Assembly: GCA_963702205.1 (NCBI GenBank)
Contig: OY969724.1
Span: forward strand, 1,280,001 to 1,344,000
DNA: 64,000 bases
From: an uncultured candidate division Zixibacteria bacterium
Lineage (GTDB): Bacteria > Zixibacteria > MSB-5A5 > GN15 > PGXB01
Direction: 5' to 3'
Part shown: piece after piece, positions 48,705 through 61,391 of the stretch
Numbering within the stretch: the first letter of the stretch is position 1
Layout: the number at the start of each line of letters is the position of its first letter
The notes under the pieces: generated by a model
What the model was told of the DNA's origin: nothing
Databases searched by the model: none
The model's input: only the letters and a program-made list of their open reading frames with translations
Made by a program: the position numbers and the translations under genes

Positions 48705-49646
48705 CTATGGTTCATCCGTGGAGTAGACGTCCGTGCTTAGATATTTCAGGCCGGAATCCACCATAAGTGTTATCACGCTGGCCTCGGGACCCAGTCGCTC
48801 GCCCATTTGAATGGCGGCGATGACGTTCGCTCCCGATGACGTTCCCGCGAACAGTCCTTCCTCGCGGGCCAGCCGTCGGGCCATCGCTTTGGCATCGACA
48901 GTTTTGACCGGGATTATTTCATCCACGATATTTGGCTCCCAAAGCGGCGGGGTGTAACCGATGCCGACCCCCTCGATTTTGTGCGGTCCCGGCTGGCCGC
49001 CCGACAGTACCGCCGACTCGGCCGGTTCCACGACGGCTATCCTGACATTGGGATTGTGGCGTTTCAGTACGGTCGATACGCCGCGCGATGAAGCGGCGGT
49101 GCCGACACAATGAACGAAAGCATCGACTTTGCCGTCGGTCTGGCTCCAGATTTCTTCGGCCAGCGGATAGTAGCCGGCGATGCTGTCGGCATTGCTGAGC
49201 TGATTTGTCCAGTATGTATGCGGCTGCTGGCTGATTTCTTTGGCGGCGGCGATCATGTCCAGTATCAGTTTTTTGGTGGTAAGACCACCCTCGCTCGGAA
49301 CCATGGTGAGCTTCGCGCCGAGGGCTTCCATATGTTTCAGCTTCTCTTTGCTGAAGGCATCCGACGTGACAATATGAAGCTTATAACCCTTCGCGACACA
49401 AATTAGAGCCAGCGAGATACCGGTACTACCACCGGTGTATTCGACAATGGTATCGCCGGGCTTGAGGCGACCGTCCTCTTCAGCCCGCGCTATCATGGCC
49501 TGAGCCGTACGGTCTTTCATGCTTCCGGTCGGATTTTCCCATTCGAGTTTGGCGTAGATTTTGGCGCAACCCTCCGGAACGACTTTTTGGAGTTGTACCA
49601 ATGACGTATTGCCGATGGCTTGTAATATATTGTCATGGATAGTCAT
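48705..49646 (-). CDS. cysK: PLP-dependent cysteine synthase family protein
   Basis: IGNT, KLEWENPTGSMKDR, HKIEGVG, EEGLFAGTSSGAN, DSGLKYLST. Confidence 0.85.
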   Translation of the reverse strand: MTIHDNILQAIGNTSLVQLQKVVPEGCAKIYAKLEWENPTGSMKDRTAQAMIARAEEDGRLKPGDTIVEYTGGSTGISLALICVAKGYKLHIVTSDAFSKEKLKHMEALGAKLTMVPSEGGLTTKKLILDMIAAAKEISQQPHTYWTNQLSNADSIAGYYPLAEEIWSQTDGKVDAFVHCVGTAASSRGVSTVLKRHNPNVRIAVVEPAESAVLSGGQPGPHKIEGVGIGYTPPLWEPNIVDEIIPVKTVDAKAMARRLAREEGLFAGTSSGANVIAAIQMGERLGPEASVITLMVDSGLKYLSTDVYSTDEP

Positions 49647-49808
49647 TGTATTACCTTTCAATTCAATATTGCACAGAGTTGAACCTACATTTCAAATATA
49701 ATAAATATGATCTATAAAAATGTTCATAATTATTTTTTGATCAGAAACATTAACATATATTTATTACTAAATAGGAACTATTCTTATAATAAGAAAGTTA
49801 TAACGAAT

Positions 49809-50258
49809 ATGAAAATCGAGGGCAAAAATATTTCTCAGATGGTGGAAGAATTCGAACGAATCTGTAAAGCCAGGGGTCTTCGAATAACCCATCAAAGAAC
49901 CGAGATTTTTAAGGCACTGATAAAATACACAAATCATCCGACCACCGGCAATGTATTCAATCTAGTACGAAAGCATCTAAAGACCATATCCCTCGATACC
50001 GTCTACAGGACGATAGCCACATTTGAGGAATATGGATTGATCAAACGAGTTCATCATATTGATAATGCCACCCGTTTTGACATAAATATTTCCAATCATC
50101 ACCATCTGGTATGTTCCGGATGCCACAAAATAGAGGATTTCTATTGGCCCGATTTTGATAAGATGAAGCCGCCAAAAGAAATATCGCATTGGGGCCGGGT
50201 CGAAGTCAAGCACGTTGTCATAAACGGATTGTGCTCGGAATGCAAAAAGAAACAGTAA
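49809..50258 (+). CDS. perR: Fur family regulator, PerR-like
   Basis: GLRITHQR, HPT, ISLDTVYRT, HHHLVCSGC, GLCSEC; directly upstream of katG. Confidence 0.8.
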   Translation: MKIEGKNISQMVEEFERICKARGLRITHQRTEIFKALIKYTNHPTTGNVFNLVRKHLKTISLDTVYRTIATFEEYGLIKRVHHIDNATRFDINISNHHHLVCSGCHKIEDFYWPDFDKMKPPKEISHWGRVEVKHVVINGLCSECKKKQ

Positions 50259-50332
50259 GCTGGGATATAATCTCGAATGGAAGTGTTACAAAATATAATA
50301 AGAAAAATTACTCAATAATAATTAGTTTATAG

Positions 50333-52645
<2,313 letters not shown>

Positions 52646-52684
52646 TGTTTTAATCTGTATAGATTGATTGCGTAACTTTCGGAG

Positions 52685-52721
52685 CAAGGAGGTCGGCTTT
52701 CCCGATCTCCTTGTCATTTTT
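52685..52721 (+). terminator. Hairpin/terminator between katG and the tRNA
   Basis: CAAGGAGGTCGG-loop-CCGATCTCCTTG followed by TCATTTTT. Confidence 0.6.
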
Positions 52722-52768
52722 GGTAATATTCACATCAAATTTGAGACCAATTGAATACTGCCCAATTT

Positions 52769-52845
<77 letters not shown>

Positions 52846-53176
52846 ATCAGAAATCCCAATATATCAATCCAAACGCTATTGTCAAGCTAATACCGAAAAA
52901 ATGATAACTCGTTGTCGGCATTGTTCTTTGAGGGCCCACTCTACCGTATAAATGGTAATTTCATACAAAACCCAATACAAGATTCCAAGCATTGGATGAC
53001 TCTGTTAAGATAGCCGAATGAATGGATATCTTGATGATGGGAAGATGCATTTTGATGAATTCACCGTAGGAAGTCCAACTACTGATGATTGGGATTCAGG
53101 AGTCTGATAATGGAATGTTGGTAGAAAGAAAGGTCATATTTATTACGATTGAATATCACGTTATCAAAAGTCTGCA

Positions 53177-56100
53177 TCAGACTTTATTCAATATCCCACG
53201 CAGGTTGTTCAGGCGATCGGTATGCGGCGCCGATGTCAGATCAATCAAAATTTTCGGGCTTTCGGCCAACTGGAATTCCATCGGGAAACTAACGGCCTGA
53301 CGCCACGCTTCGACCTGTTTACGGTCGAATTTTTTTGCACCATCGAAGATCAACTCAACCTTACCCTTTTTAAATACCACTTTGATCATCTCATTAGCCC
53401 AGGCCGAAATACGCACCGCCGCCGCCTCGAACAAATTCGCGGTTGCATGAGGCAGCCGTCCAAAACGGTCCTCGACTTCATCGCGAATCCGTTCAATTTC
53501 GTCGAGCGTCCTGGCCCCGGCGATCTTTTGATACACGTCGACTTTCTGCTGATTGATCGTGATATAACTTTCCGGAATCATCATTTCAATGTCGGTCTCG
53601 AGTTTAGTGTCCGGCGTCCCCAGCACTCGTTCGCCCTTGAGTTCGGCGACAGCCTCTTCGAGAAGCTTGGTATAAAGATCGAACCCGACCTCTTCGATAA
53701 ATCCCGATTGCTGCGGCCCAAGGATATTGCCCGCGCCGCGAATTTCGAGATCTTTCATCGCCAGTGCAAACCCGCTGCCCAGGTCGGCGTGCGTTTCGAT
53801 CGCACGGAGACGCTTGCGGGCGTCATCGGTCAGCAGCCGATAGGTGGGTGTCAGAAGATACGCAAAAGCTCGTCTGGTGGATCGTCCCACTCGACCGCGA
53901 AGCTGATACAACTGGGCCAGGCCGAATCTGTCCGCCCGATTGATGATTATGGTATTGACCGAGGGAATATCCAATCCCGATTCGATAATAGTCGTCGACA
54001 ACAGCACATTGAACCGTCCTGCGAGAAAGGCCAGCATGATTCCTTCGAGTGAACGCTCGTGCATCTGACCGTGCGCGATACCGATCTCCACTTGCGGCAA
54101 TAATTTCTTAAGATATCGATACATCGCATCTATCGTCTGAACCCGATTATGCACGAAAAATATCTGCCCGCCGCGGTCGATCTCGCGGAGAATCGCTTCG
54201 GCGACCGTTTCCGGTTCGAATTCTCTTATCTCGGTGATGATCGGCAGACGATCTTTCGGCGAGGTATTGATCAACGACATATCCCGCACGCCGGTCAGCG
54301 ACATGTGCAATGTCCTCGGTATCGGTGTGGCCGTCATGGCAATCGTGTCGACCGTCGCCTTAATCTTGCGAATAGTCTCTTTATGCTTTACCCCGAAACG
54401 CTGCTCCTCGTCGACAATCAACAGCCCCAGATCTTTGAAGTCGACGTCTTTGGAAAGAAGGCGATGGGTACCGATAATTATTTCTATCTTACCTTTCGAT
54501 AGATCTTCGAGAATCGCCGTCTGTTCTTTGCGCGTCCGAAACCGCGAGAGCATTTCGACTTTTAGCGGGAAGTCTTTCAAACGTTCGTTGAACGTCGTCA
54601 AATGCTGCTGGGCGAGAATGGTCGTGGGTACAAGCACCGCGACCTGCTTGCCCGCTTCGACCGCCTTGAACGCGGCGCGTATCGCTACCTCGGTTTTACC
54701 GTACCCGACGTCGCCGCATACCAGCCGATCCATTGCCTGCGGTTTCTCCATATCCATCTTGATGGCATTAATGGCCTTGAGCTGGTCGGGGGTTTCTTCG
54801 TACGGAAACGACGCTTCCAATTGTCGCTGCCAGGTTGTATCGGGCCCGAACTGGCACCCCGGGCGGGTTTTGCGTTCGGCGTAAATTTTCAAAAGTTCTT
54901 CGGCCATATCCGCGATAGCCTTCTTGGTGCGGGCCTTTATCTTCTCCCAGGCCGTACCGCCCAGGACCGAGAGTTTCGGTGCGGCGTCTTTTCCGGCGTA
55001 CTTGGAAACGCAGTTAAATTCCTCGATCGGGACATAGAGCTTGTCACCGTTGGAATACTGGAGGTGCAGGCAATCGTGCCGATGGCCGCCGACCTCGATC
55101 GTAACCAGACCGACATACCGTGCGATACCGTGCTCGGAATGCACCACATAATCACCCTTTTCGAGGCTGGTGTAGTTCTGGATGGCGACGCCTTCCTTGA
55201 ATTTCTTGCGCCGCACGCGGCGGAAATACCGTCCGAATATCTGGTGGTCGGTAAGGATCGCCAGCCTGTACTTATCGCAAACGAAACCGCCCTTGAGCGG
55301 CGCCACTTCGATAGGTACATCCGAGCCGTCCCGAACCTTGTCGGCAATTAATTCTCCAAGGCGTCCGGCCTGACCGGCATTATCGGCGGCGACCAGGTGA
55401 CGAATCCCTTTGACTCGAAACTCACCGATTACGTTGTCCAACCAATCAAGCCGGGAACCGAGCGCCGGATGATCTTTGCATGCGAAATCTAAATATTCGA
55501 TGGTGCTATTTTTGAAAGGTACATGATCGAGACGGAAATTGCGCTCGATGGCGGCCTGTATCTTTTCAGAGTTGGCATAGTACCTGAGATACTCCGGGCG
55601 GTGAAACCATACGGTCGAGAATTCTTTCGCGGTGGCGTTCGGCAGTTTCAAAAATATCATCAGCGACGCCCTTTATATGCTCGTAGCCGCCGAGGTAATA
55701 AATGCACCCGTTTTCCATGAAATCGGTCAGGCAGCCGGCTTCGATTCCGAACGAACCGGCCAGCCATTCCAGGCCGGGGAGATCGGGATCATTTAGATAT
55801 CGCGCCCGCACCAGATCGGCATCATCCTCAGGGAGGTTGGAAATATAGCCTTCGACAGTCTCCTGCGTGATCGGCACTTCACGGCGGGGAAGAAGCAGCA
55901 CCTCATCGAGGCGACCGGTCGTGCGCTGCGAGGTGACGTCAAAATGACGGATCGTGTCGATTTCATCTCCAAAAAATTCCACCCGAATCGGGTAATCGAA
56001 ACCGGGCGAGAAAAAGTCCACGAGGCCGCCGCGAAGAGAAAAATCGCCGATTTCCTCGACCAGCGTCTCGCGGTTGAAACCCATCGCCACCAGCCTGGCG

Positions 56101-56603
56101 GCCAGGTCGTCGATATCCATCTCCTGACCGGTCTTAAGGTGCAAGCGTTCGGTGTCGAACGTTGACCGGCTGATAGTCGGTTCGATCAACGCCTCGATCG
56201 ATGTCACCACAATCTCAAGCGAATCGGATAGGAGCGACGACAGCGTATGCAGCCGTTGCCCGGTGACTTCGGCGGTCGGGGAACGAAACTCGTATGGTAC
56301 ACACCGGCGGGCCGGGAAATGCCCGATCTTTTTATTGTCGTGCAAAAAAGACAGATCGTCACAAAGATCGGCCGCGGAATCGGAATCGGCCAGGATCGCG
56401 ATAATCGGTTTGTCCGACCTTTTAGCCAGTTCAGACAGCATGATGGCGTTAGCGGAACCCGCCAGACCGGCAATCGTTATCAATTCCGGGTCTGCACCGG
56501 AAAGGCGTCCGACCAGTTTCTCGAACGGAGCGGTTTTGCCGAACTCCGCGACAAGCGTCGCGAGGTAACCTTTATCTTTTTGTATCATGAGGGGCATACG
56601 CAA
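53177..56603 (-). CDS. mfd: Transcription-repair coupling factor Mfd, split by a +1 frameshift within 55566-55660
   Basis: 5' ORF has the UvrB-homology region (GDFSLRGGLVD, RVEFFGDEIDTIR); 3' ORF has GDYVVH, CGDVGYGKT, DEEQRFG, TATPIPRT, QLRGRVGR and TRCF. Confidence 0.95.
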
Positions 56604-56795
56604 ATTTATCCAAGCACAAAAGCCCCACTCGCCGCGCGGGTGGGGTATATCCGAATCTTTTCTTTCTTTATCGGTCTCAAGTTACTCAATTAATACGTTT
56701 TGGCAATTATATTTTTATCAAAAATTGCCGTTTTTCTTGACTTGGGCGCAATATTTCGTTTTTTGCTATCCTGTAAATGCAGGCATGAGACAAAA

Positions 56796-58181
56796 ATGAA
56801 CGACGCATCTTTCAAAGGATACAAGGGCCGGGCGCTGGACGCGCTTAAATCTCACGGTGGACGGGTGTGGGCCAGCGTGACGCTCAAAACCGACCGGGGC
56901 GATTTTTCCGGCGTAATCCTACCACGCTCCGAGACGGCCGATGGCGACCACATCGTCCTCAAGCTTTCGACCGGTTACAATATCGGCATTCGCGCCGACC
57001 GGGTTCTGGATATAAAAGAAAACAGCTTCAAAGAAGCGATCTACAAAATCCCCGAAAAAGAATTTCCGATGTCGCCCGACAAACCCTCGGTGACCCTGCT
57101 CGGGACCGGCGGAACTATCGCCTCGCGGTTGGACTATCGTACCGGAGCGGTGATACCGGCCTTCACGCCGGGCGAGCTCTACGGGGCTGTCCCCGAACTG
57201 GCCGACCTGTGCAACCTCGAAACCAAAAAACTTTTCGGCGTCTTTTCCGAGAACATGGGACCGGAGCAGTGGAAAACGCTGGCGGTCGAGATCGGCAAGG
57301 AGATCAAAAAGGGTGTCGGCGGGATTGTTATCGGCCACGGGACCGATACCATGCACCACACGGCGGCGGTTTTATCGTTCATGGTGCAGAACAGCCCGGT
57401 GCCGATCGTTATGGTTGGCTCACAGCGCTCGTCGGACCGGCCTTCGTCCGATGCCGCTTTCAACCTCCGCTGCGCCGCCTACACCGCCGGACATTCAAAC
57501 ATAGCCGAGGTCATGGTCTGCATGTTCGGTCCGACCTCCGATGAATACAATCTCCTGCATCGCGGCACGCGGGTGCGCAAAATGCACTCGTCGTACAGAT
57601 CGACCTTCCGCACCATAGGCGATATACCGATCGCCATGGTTACGCCCGAAAAAGTGACCCCGATCATGTCGTCGTACAAATACCGCCGCGACGACCGCGA
57701 CGTCGACGTCAACGCCGTGTTCGAAGAAAAAGTCACTATTTTATACTATTATCCCAACATGCAGCCGGACATAATCGAGGCTTTGATCGACAACGGCTAC
57801 AAGGGCATAGTCATCGCCGGAACCGGGCTGGGGCACGTCAACAAGCCGCTCTATCCGGCGCTTAAAAAAGCTCACGAAAAAGGCATCGCCATCTACATGA
57901 CCGTGCAGACGCTGTGGGGTTATGTGCAGATGTACGTCTACGACACCGGGCGCGACATGATGGAACTGGGCGTGGTACCGGCCGAGAACATGCTGCCCGA
58001 GGTGGCTTATGTCAAGCTGGGGTGGATTCTGGCGCAGACGACCGATCCGGCCAAAGTGCGCGAGATGATGTTGACCCCGATCGCGGGGGAGATCACCGAG
58101 CGCGAGCCGTTCGACGGTTATTTGATTTTACAGGGCGGCATCCCCGAAGTCGAAGAGTTTATCAGCAAGCAGTACAGATAA
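56796..58181 (+). CDS. gatD: Glu-tRNA(Gln) amidotransferase subunit D (archaeal-type GatD)
   Basis: GatD-specific N-domain (HIVLKLSTGYNIGI) plus TGGTIASRLDYRTGAV, HGTDTM, GSQRSSDRPSSDA, RGTRVRKMH, MLPEVAYVKLGW. Confidence 0.9.
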   Translation: MNDASFKGYKGRALDALKSHGGRVWASVTLKTDRGDFSGVILPRSETADGDHIVLKLSTGYNIGIRADRVLDIKENSFKEAIYKIPEKEFPMSPDKPSVTLLGTGGTIASRLDYRTGAVIPAFTPGELYGAVPELADLCNLETKKLFGVFSENMGPEQWKTLAVEIGKEIKKGVGGIVIGHGTDTMHHTAAVLSFMVQNSPVPIVMVGSQRSSDRPSSDAAFNLRCAAYTAGHSNIAEVMVCMFGPTSDEYNLLHRGTRVRKMHSSYRSTFRTIGDIPIAMVTPEKVTPIMSSYKYRRDDRDVDVNAVFEEKVTILYYYPNMQPDIIEALIDNGYKGIVIAGTGLGHVNKPLYPALKKAHEKGIAIYMTVQTLWGYVQMYVYDTGRDMMELGVVPAENMLPEVAYVKLGWILAQTTDPAKVREMMLTPIAGEITEREPFDGYLILQGGIPEVEEFISKQYR

Positions 58182-58193
58182 ATCTTGATCTTA

Positions 58194-58455
58194 GTAGGTC
58201 AGGAGCCCTGCGCTCCTGACATCTTTGAGTTGATAATAAAAAGAACGTCACGCCCCAAGTGGGCATGACCTACCCGGACTGGATACCCGCTTTCGCGGGT
58301 ATGACATTGTACGATGCAATTATAGTAGGTCGAAACCCCTGCCGAAGGTCCTGAAGAATGAAGGGCGGTTTCGACATCTTGTTTTGCTAAATTGAAAGTA
58401 CTTCTTGTAGGTCAAGAGCCGTACCGATGGCCCTAAGCCTGGCAAAGGGGCCCCT
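58194..58455. repeat. Cluster of GTAG-type REPs and a GGATACCCGCTTTCGCGGGTATGAC palindrome
   Basis: GTAGGTC-hairpins at 58194-58220, 58247-58273 (minus), 58325-58375 and 58407 (partial); second palindrome type at 58279-58306. Confidence 0.75.
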
Positions 58456-58498
58456 AACTTGGTTTCTTACTGCACGGGAATATTGTCTTTAAATAAAA

Positions 58499-59107
58499 TT
58501 ATGAAACAGCCTTATAAATAAATATCATACCTTCAATGATTATTATTACCGCAAATAGAATTATAAGGGGTTTAAGGTATTTTATTTTAAATATTATGTC
58601 TTCGTCAATTAGAAAGAATGCCTGCCACCATTTTTCAGATATCTCTAGAGCAGCAATAAAAAATATTATTATGGCTCCAATGAATGATATTATTCCAAAC
58701 AGTCCATATATATAAAATTCGAATACGTAAGACGTAATGAAGTCATTCATGAATATGGGAAATGCCCCGGTTTGTTGCCTATAATACAAATATGTGACGA
58801 CAAAATAATATGTAATTAACGCAAATGATTTCGGGATATATCTATCGCAAATTAATTGTTTTTCTTCCTTGCTCAATGACTTGTTTTGCTCCGAATTTTG
58901 ATGCTTATTTTCTTTATATGCCGGCGGTTTCCACGATCCGGGAGAAGAATAATCAGGCTCGATATCTTTCATGGCGGGTTTGAATTCCGGGGGAATCGTC
59001 ATAAAATGGCCGCAATGGAGACATTTGATCTTATCCCCAGCCTCAAGATAACGAACTGCTATCACGTTATTGCATTTTTCGCACTTTATGTCGGCAGTTT
59101 GGTTCAT
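58499..59107 (-). CDS. AT-rich hypothetical membrane protein with N-terminal zinc ribbon
   Basis: CEKC..CLHC followed by three hydrophobic helices; GGAG RBS. Confidence 0.65.
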   Translation of the reverse strand: MNQTADIKCEKCNNVIAVRYLEAGDKIKCLHCGHFMTIPPEFKPAMKDIEPDYSSPGSWKPPAYKENKHQNSEQNKSLSKEEKQLICDRYIPKSFALITYYFVVTYLYYRQQTGAFPIFMNDFITSYVFEFYIYGLFGIISFIGAIIIFFIAALEISEKWWQAFFLIDEDIIFKIKYLKPLIILFAVIIIIEGMIFIYKAVS

Positions 59108-59130
59108 ATAGCTCCATTCTTCTTATTAGA

Positions 59131-60417
59131 TTACCCCAAAACTTCCCGAATTACCTCCCCCAACACATCCGCCGCATCGTGCAAAATGTGCTCAGTGTGG
59201 GCCGTGCTGATGAACCCGACCTCATACGCCGACGGCGCAAGGTAGATCTCTGCTTCCAGGGCTTTATTAAATATTTGTGCGTACTTCTCGGTACAACCGG
59301 AATCAATATCTTCTGCCCGCGACGGCACTTTCTCCTGCAAGCAAATCCAGAATATCGACCCGATCGAAACTATATTAACCGGCAAATCCGAAGTCTTATT
59401 CTTCAACTCACGAACAAAAGATTTCGTCGCTTTCTCGATCTTATTCCAGCCGTCATTGCGCTCCAGAAGCTCCAGCGTCGCCCAGCCGCAGATCATCGCC
59501 AGCGGATTGCCAGACAGCGTCCCCGCCTGATACACCGGCCCGTCGGGTGCCAGGCGCCCCATAATTTCGGCTCGACCGCCGAACGCCCCGACCGGCAGCC
59601 CGCCACCGACTACTTTGCCATAGGTACACAGGTCCGGTTTAATGTCATAATGTTCGCACGCCCCGCCCGGTGCAACTCGGAACCCGGAGATGACTTCATC
59701 GAGGACTAACAGCGAATCGTTTTGTTTCGTAATATCCCGCAGGAAATTCAGATATTCTTCCGACTGCACCAGCAAGCCGTTGTTGGCCGGAATCGGTTCG
59801 ATAAGGACCGCCGCGATTTCCGGACCGTACTGATTGAACAATTCCTCGACGGCTTTTCTGTCATCGAGAGGTGCCACCAGAGTATGTTTCACGAAATCCT
59901 TCGGAACTCCGGCCGATGAGGGAATCCCCAGCGTCGCCAGGCCCGATCCGGACGAAACCAGGAGATAGTCGCTATGGCCGTGATAACAGCCCGAAAATTT
60001 GATTATCTTGTCGCGTCCGGTGAACCCGCGAGCGAGCCGAACCGCCGACATAACCGCCTCGGTCCCCGATGAAACAAACCGCAGCTTTTCGATATGCGGA
60101 CAAAGCTGTATGATCTTTTCGGCGAGATAGATTTCATTCTCGTGCACGGTGCCGAAGCTGGTCCCGAGCGCCGCCGCCGACGTGACCGCTTCGATAATGA
60201 TCGGGTGCGCATGTCCCAGAATCAGCGGCCCCCAGCTGCAGCAAAAATCGAGATACTCGTTGCCGTCGACGTCGAAAAGATACGCTCCTTCGCCGCGATC
60301 CATATATATCGGCGTCCCGCCGACCGCTTTATAAGCCCGCACCGGCGAATTGACGCCTCCTGCCAATAGCTCGCTCGCCTTTTCAAACAGTTCGGCCGAG
60401 CGCTTGCGTTCGTTCAT
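59131..60417 (-). CDS. hemL: Glutamate-1-semialdehyde 2,1-aminomutase
   Basis: GGVNSPVRA, SWGPLILGH, SSGTEA, GCYHGH, GKVVGGGLP, YQAGTLSGNP. Confidence 0.97.
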   Translation of the reverse strand: MNERKRSAELFEKASELLAGGVNSPVRAYKAVGGTPIYMDRGEGAYLFDVDGNEYLDFCCSWGPLILGHAHPIIIEAVTSAAALGTSFGTVHENEIYLAEKIIQLCPHIEKLRFVSSGTEAVMSAVRLARGFTGRDKIIKFSGCYHGHSDYLLVSSGSGLATLGIPSSAGVPKDFVKHTLVAPLDDRKAVEELFNQYGPEIAAVLIEPIPANNGLLVQSEEYLNFLRDITKQNDSLLVLDEVISGFRVAPGGACEHYDIKPDLCTYGKVVGGGLPVGAFGGRAEIMGRLAPDGPVYQAGTLSGNPLAMICGWATLELLERNDGWNKIEKATKSFVRELKNKTSDLPVNIVSIGSIFWICLQEKVPSRAEDIDSGCTEKYAQIFNKALEAEIYLAPSAYEVGFISTAHTEHILHDAADVLGEVIREVLG

Positions 60418-61391
60418 TCAATCCATCCGTTTTTCAAAATATCACGCAGGTGATAGGTCAGCACCATGTCCGCCCCGGCCCGGAATATGGACGTAAGATT
60501 TTCAATCACCAGCCTCTTTTCTTCGGCTAACTTCAGATTCGCCATAATTTTTGCCGCGCTGTACTCACCGGAGACATTGTACGCGGCCACCGGAACCGGT
60601 GAATTGTCTTTGAACGTCCTGATAATATCGAGATACGCCAGCGCCGGTTTCACCATGACAATATCAGCGCCTTCTTCCAGATCAAGTTCGAGTTCATACA
60701 AAGCCTCACGGGCGTTGCGAACGTCCATCTGGTACGACGACCGGTCGCCGAACTGCGGGGCGCTTTCGGCGGCGTCGCGAAACGGGCCGTAGTACGCCGA
60801 CGAATATTTCGCGGTGTAGGCCATGATAATCGTGTCCGGCAGCGAATTGCCTTCCAGCGCCTGACGAATATACCCGATCCGGCCGTCCATCATATCCGAC
60901 GGCCCGACACAGTCCGCACCACACCGGGCGTGCGCTATCGCAATCTCCGCCAGACGGTCCAGCGTTTTATCGTTGTCGATCTGTCCGTTCGTAATTATGC
61001 CGCAATGCCCCGACGACGTGTACTCACACAAACATATATCGGTCGCCACAAAGATATCGTCGCCATACTGATTCTTTAGTTCGGTTGTTACCTGCAGCAC
61101 CGGATTGGATGGATCATCGGCCATTGAGCCGGTGTCGTCCTTTTTGTCGACCACCCCGAAAAGCATGATTTTGTTGATGCCCAAATCGTAATCGGCTTTG
61201 AAAAGTTCAGTGAATTTGTCCGAGGGGTCGCGGTATATTCCGGGCATCGATTCGATCTCGATCCGGTTGGTACCTTTTTCCGTGACGAAATAGGGCATGA
61301 TCATTTTATGAGGATCGAGCCGGGTTTCCGCATGGAGGTCGCGGATTGTTTTAGTCCGCCGAAGACGGCGGGGACGATTGCTCATGTCCAT
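60414..61391 (-). CDS. hemB: Porphobilinogen synthase (Zn-type)
   Basis: RPRRLR, DICLCEYTSSGHCG, PSDMMDGR, YGPFRDA, MVKPALAYLD. Confidence 0.97.
   Translation of the reverse strand: MDMSNRPRRLRRTKTIRDLHAETRLDPHKMIMPYFVTEKGTNRIEIESMPGIYRDPSDKFTELFKADYDLGINKIMLFGVVDKKDDTGSMADDPSNPVLQVTTELKNQYGDDIFVATDICLCEYTSSGHCGIITNGQIDNDKTLDRLAEIAIAHARCGADCVGPSDMMDGRIGYIRQALEGNSLPDTIIMAYTAKYSSAYYGPFRDAAESAPQFGDRSSYQMDVRNAREALYELELDLEEGADIVMVKPALAYLDIIRTFKDNSPVPVAAYNVSGEYSAAKIMANLKLAEEKRLVIENLTSIFRAGADMVLTYHLRDILKNGWIE

Noticed and set aside
56796..60417. Functional link between gatD and hemL via Glu-tRNA
   Set aside because: The genes are convergent and separated by REPs and an AT-rich ORF; adjacency alone is not evidence.
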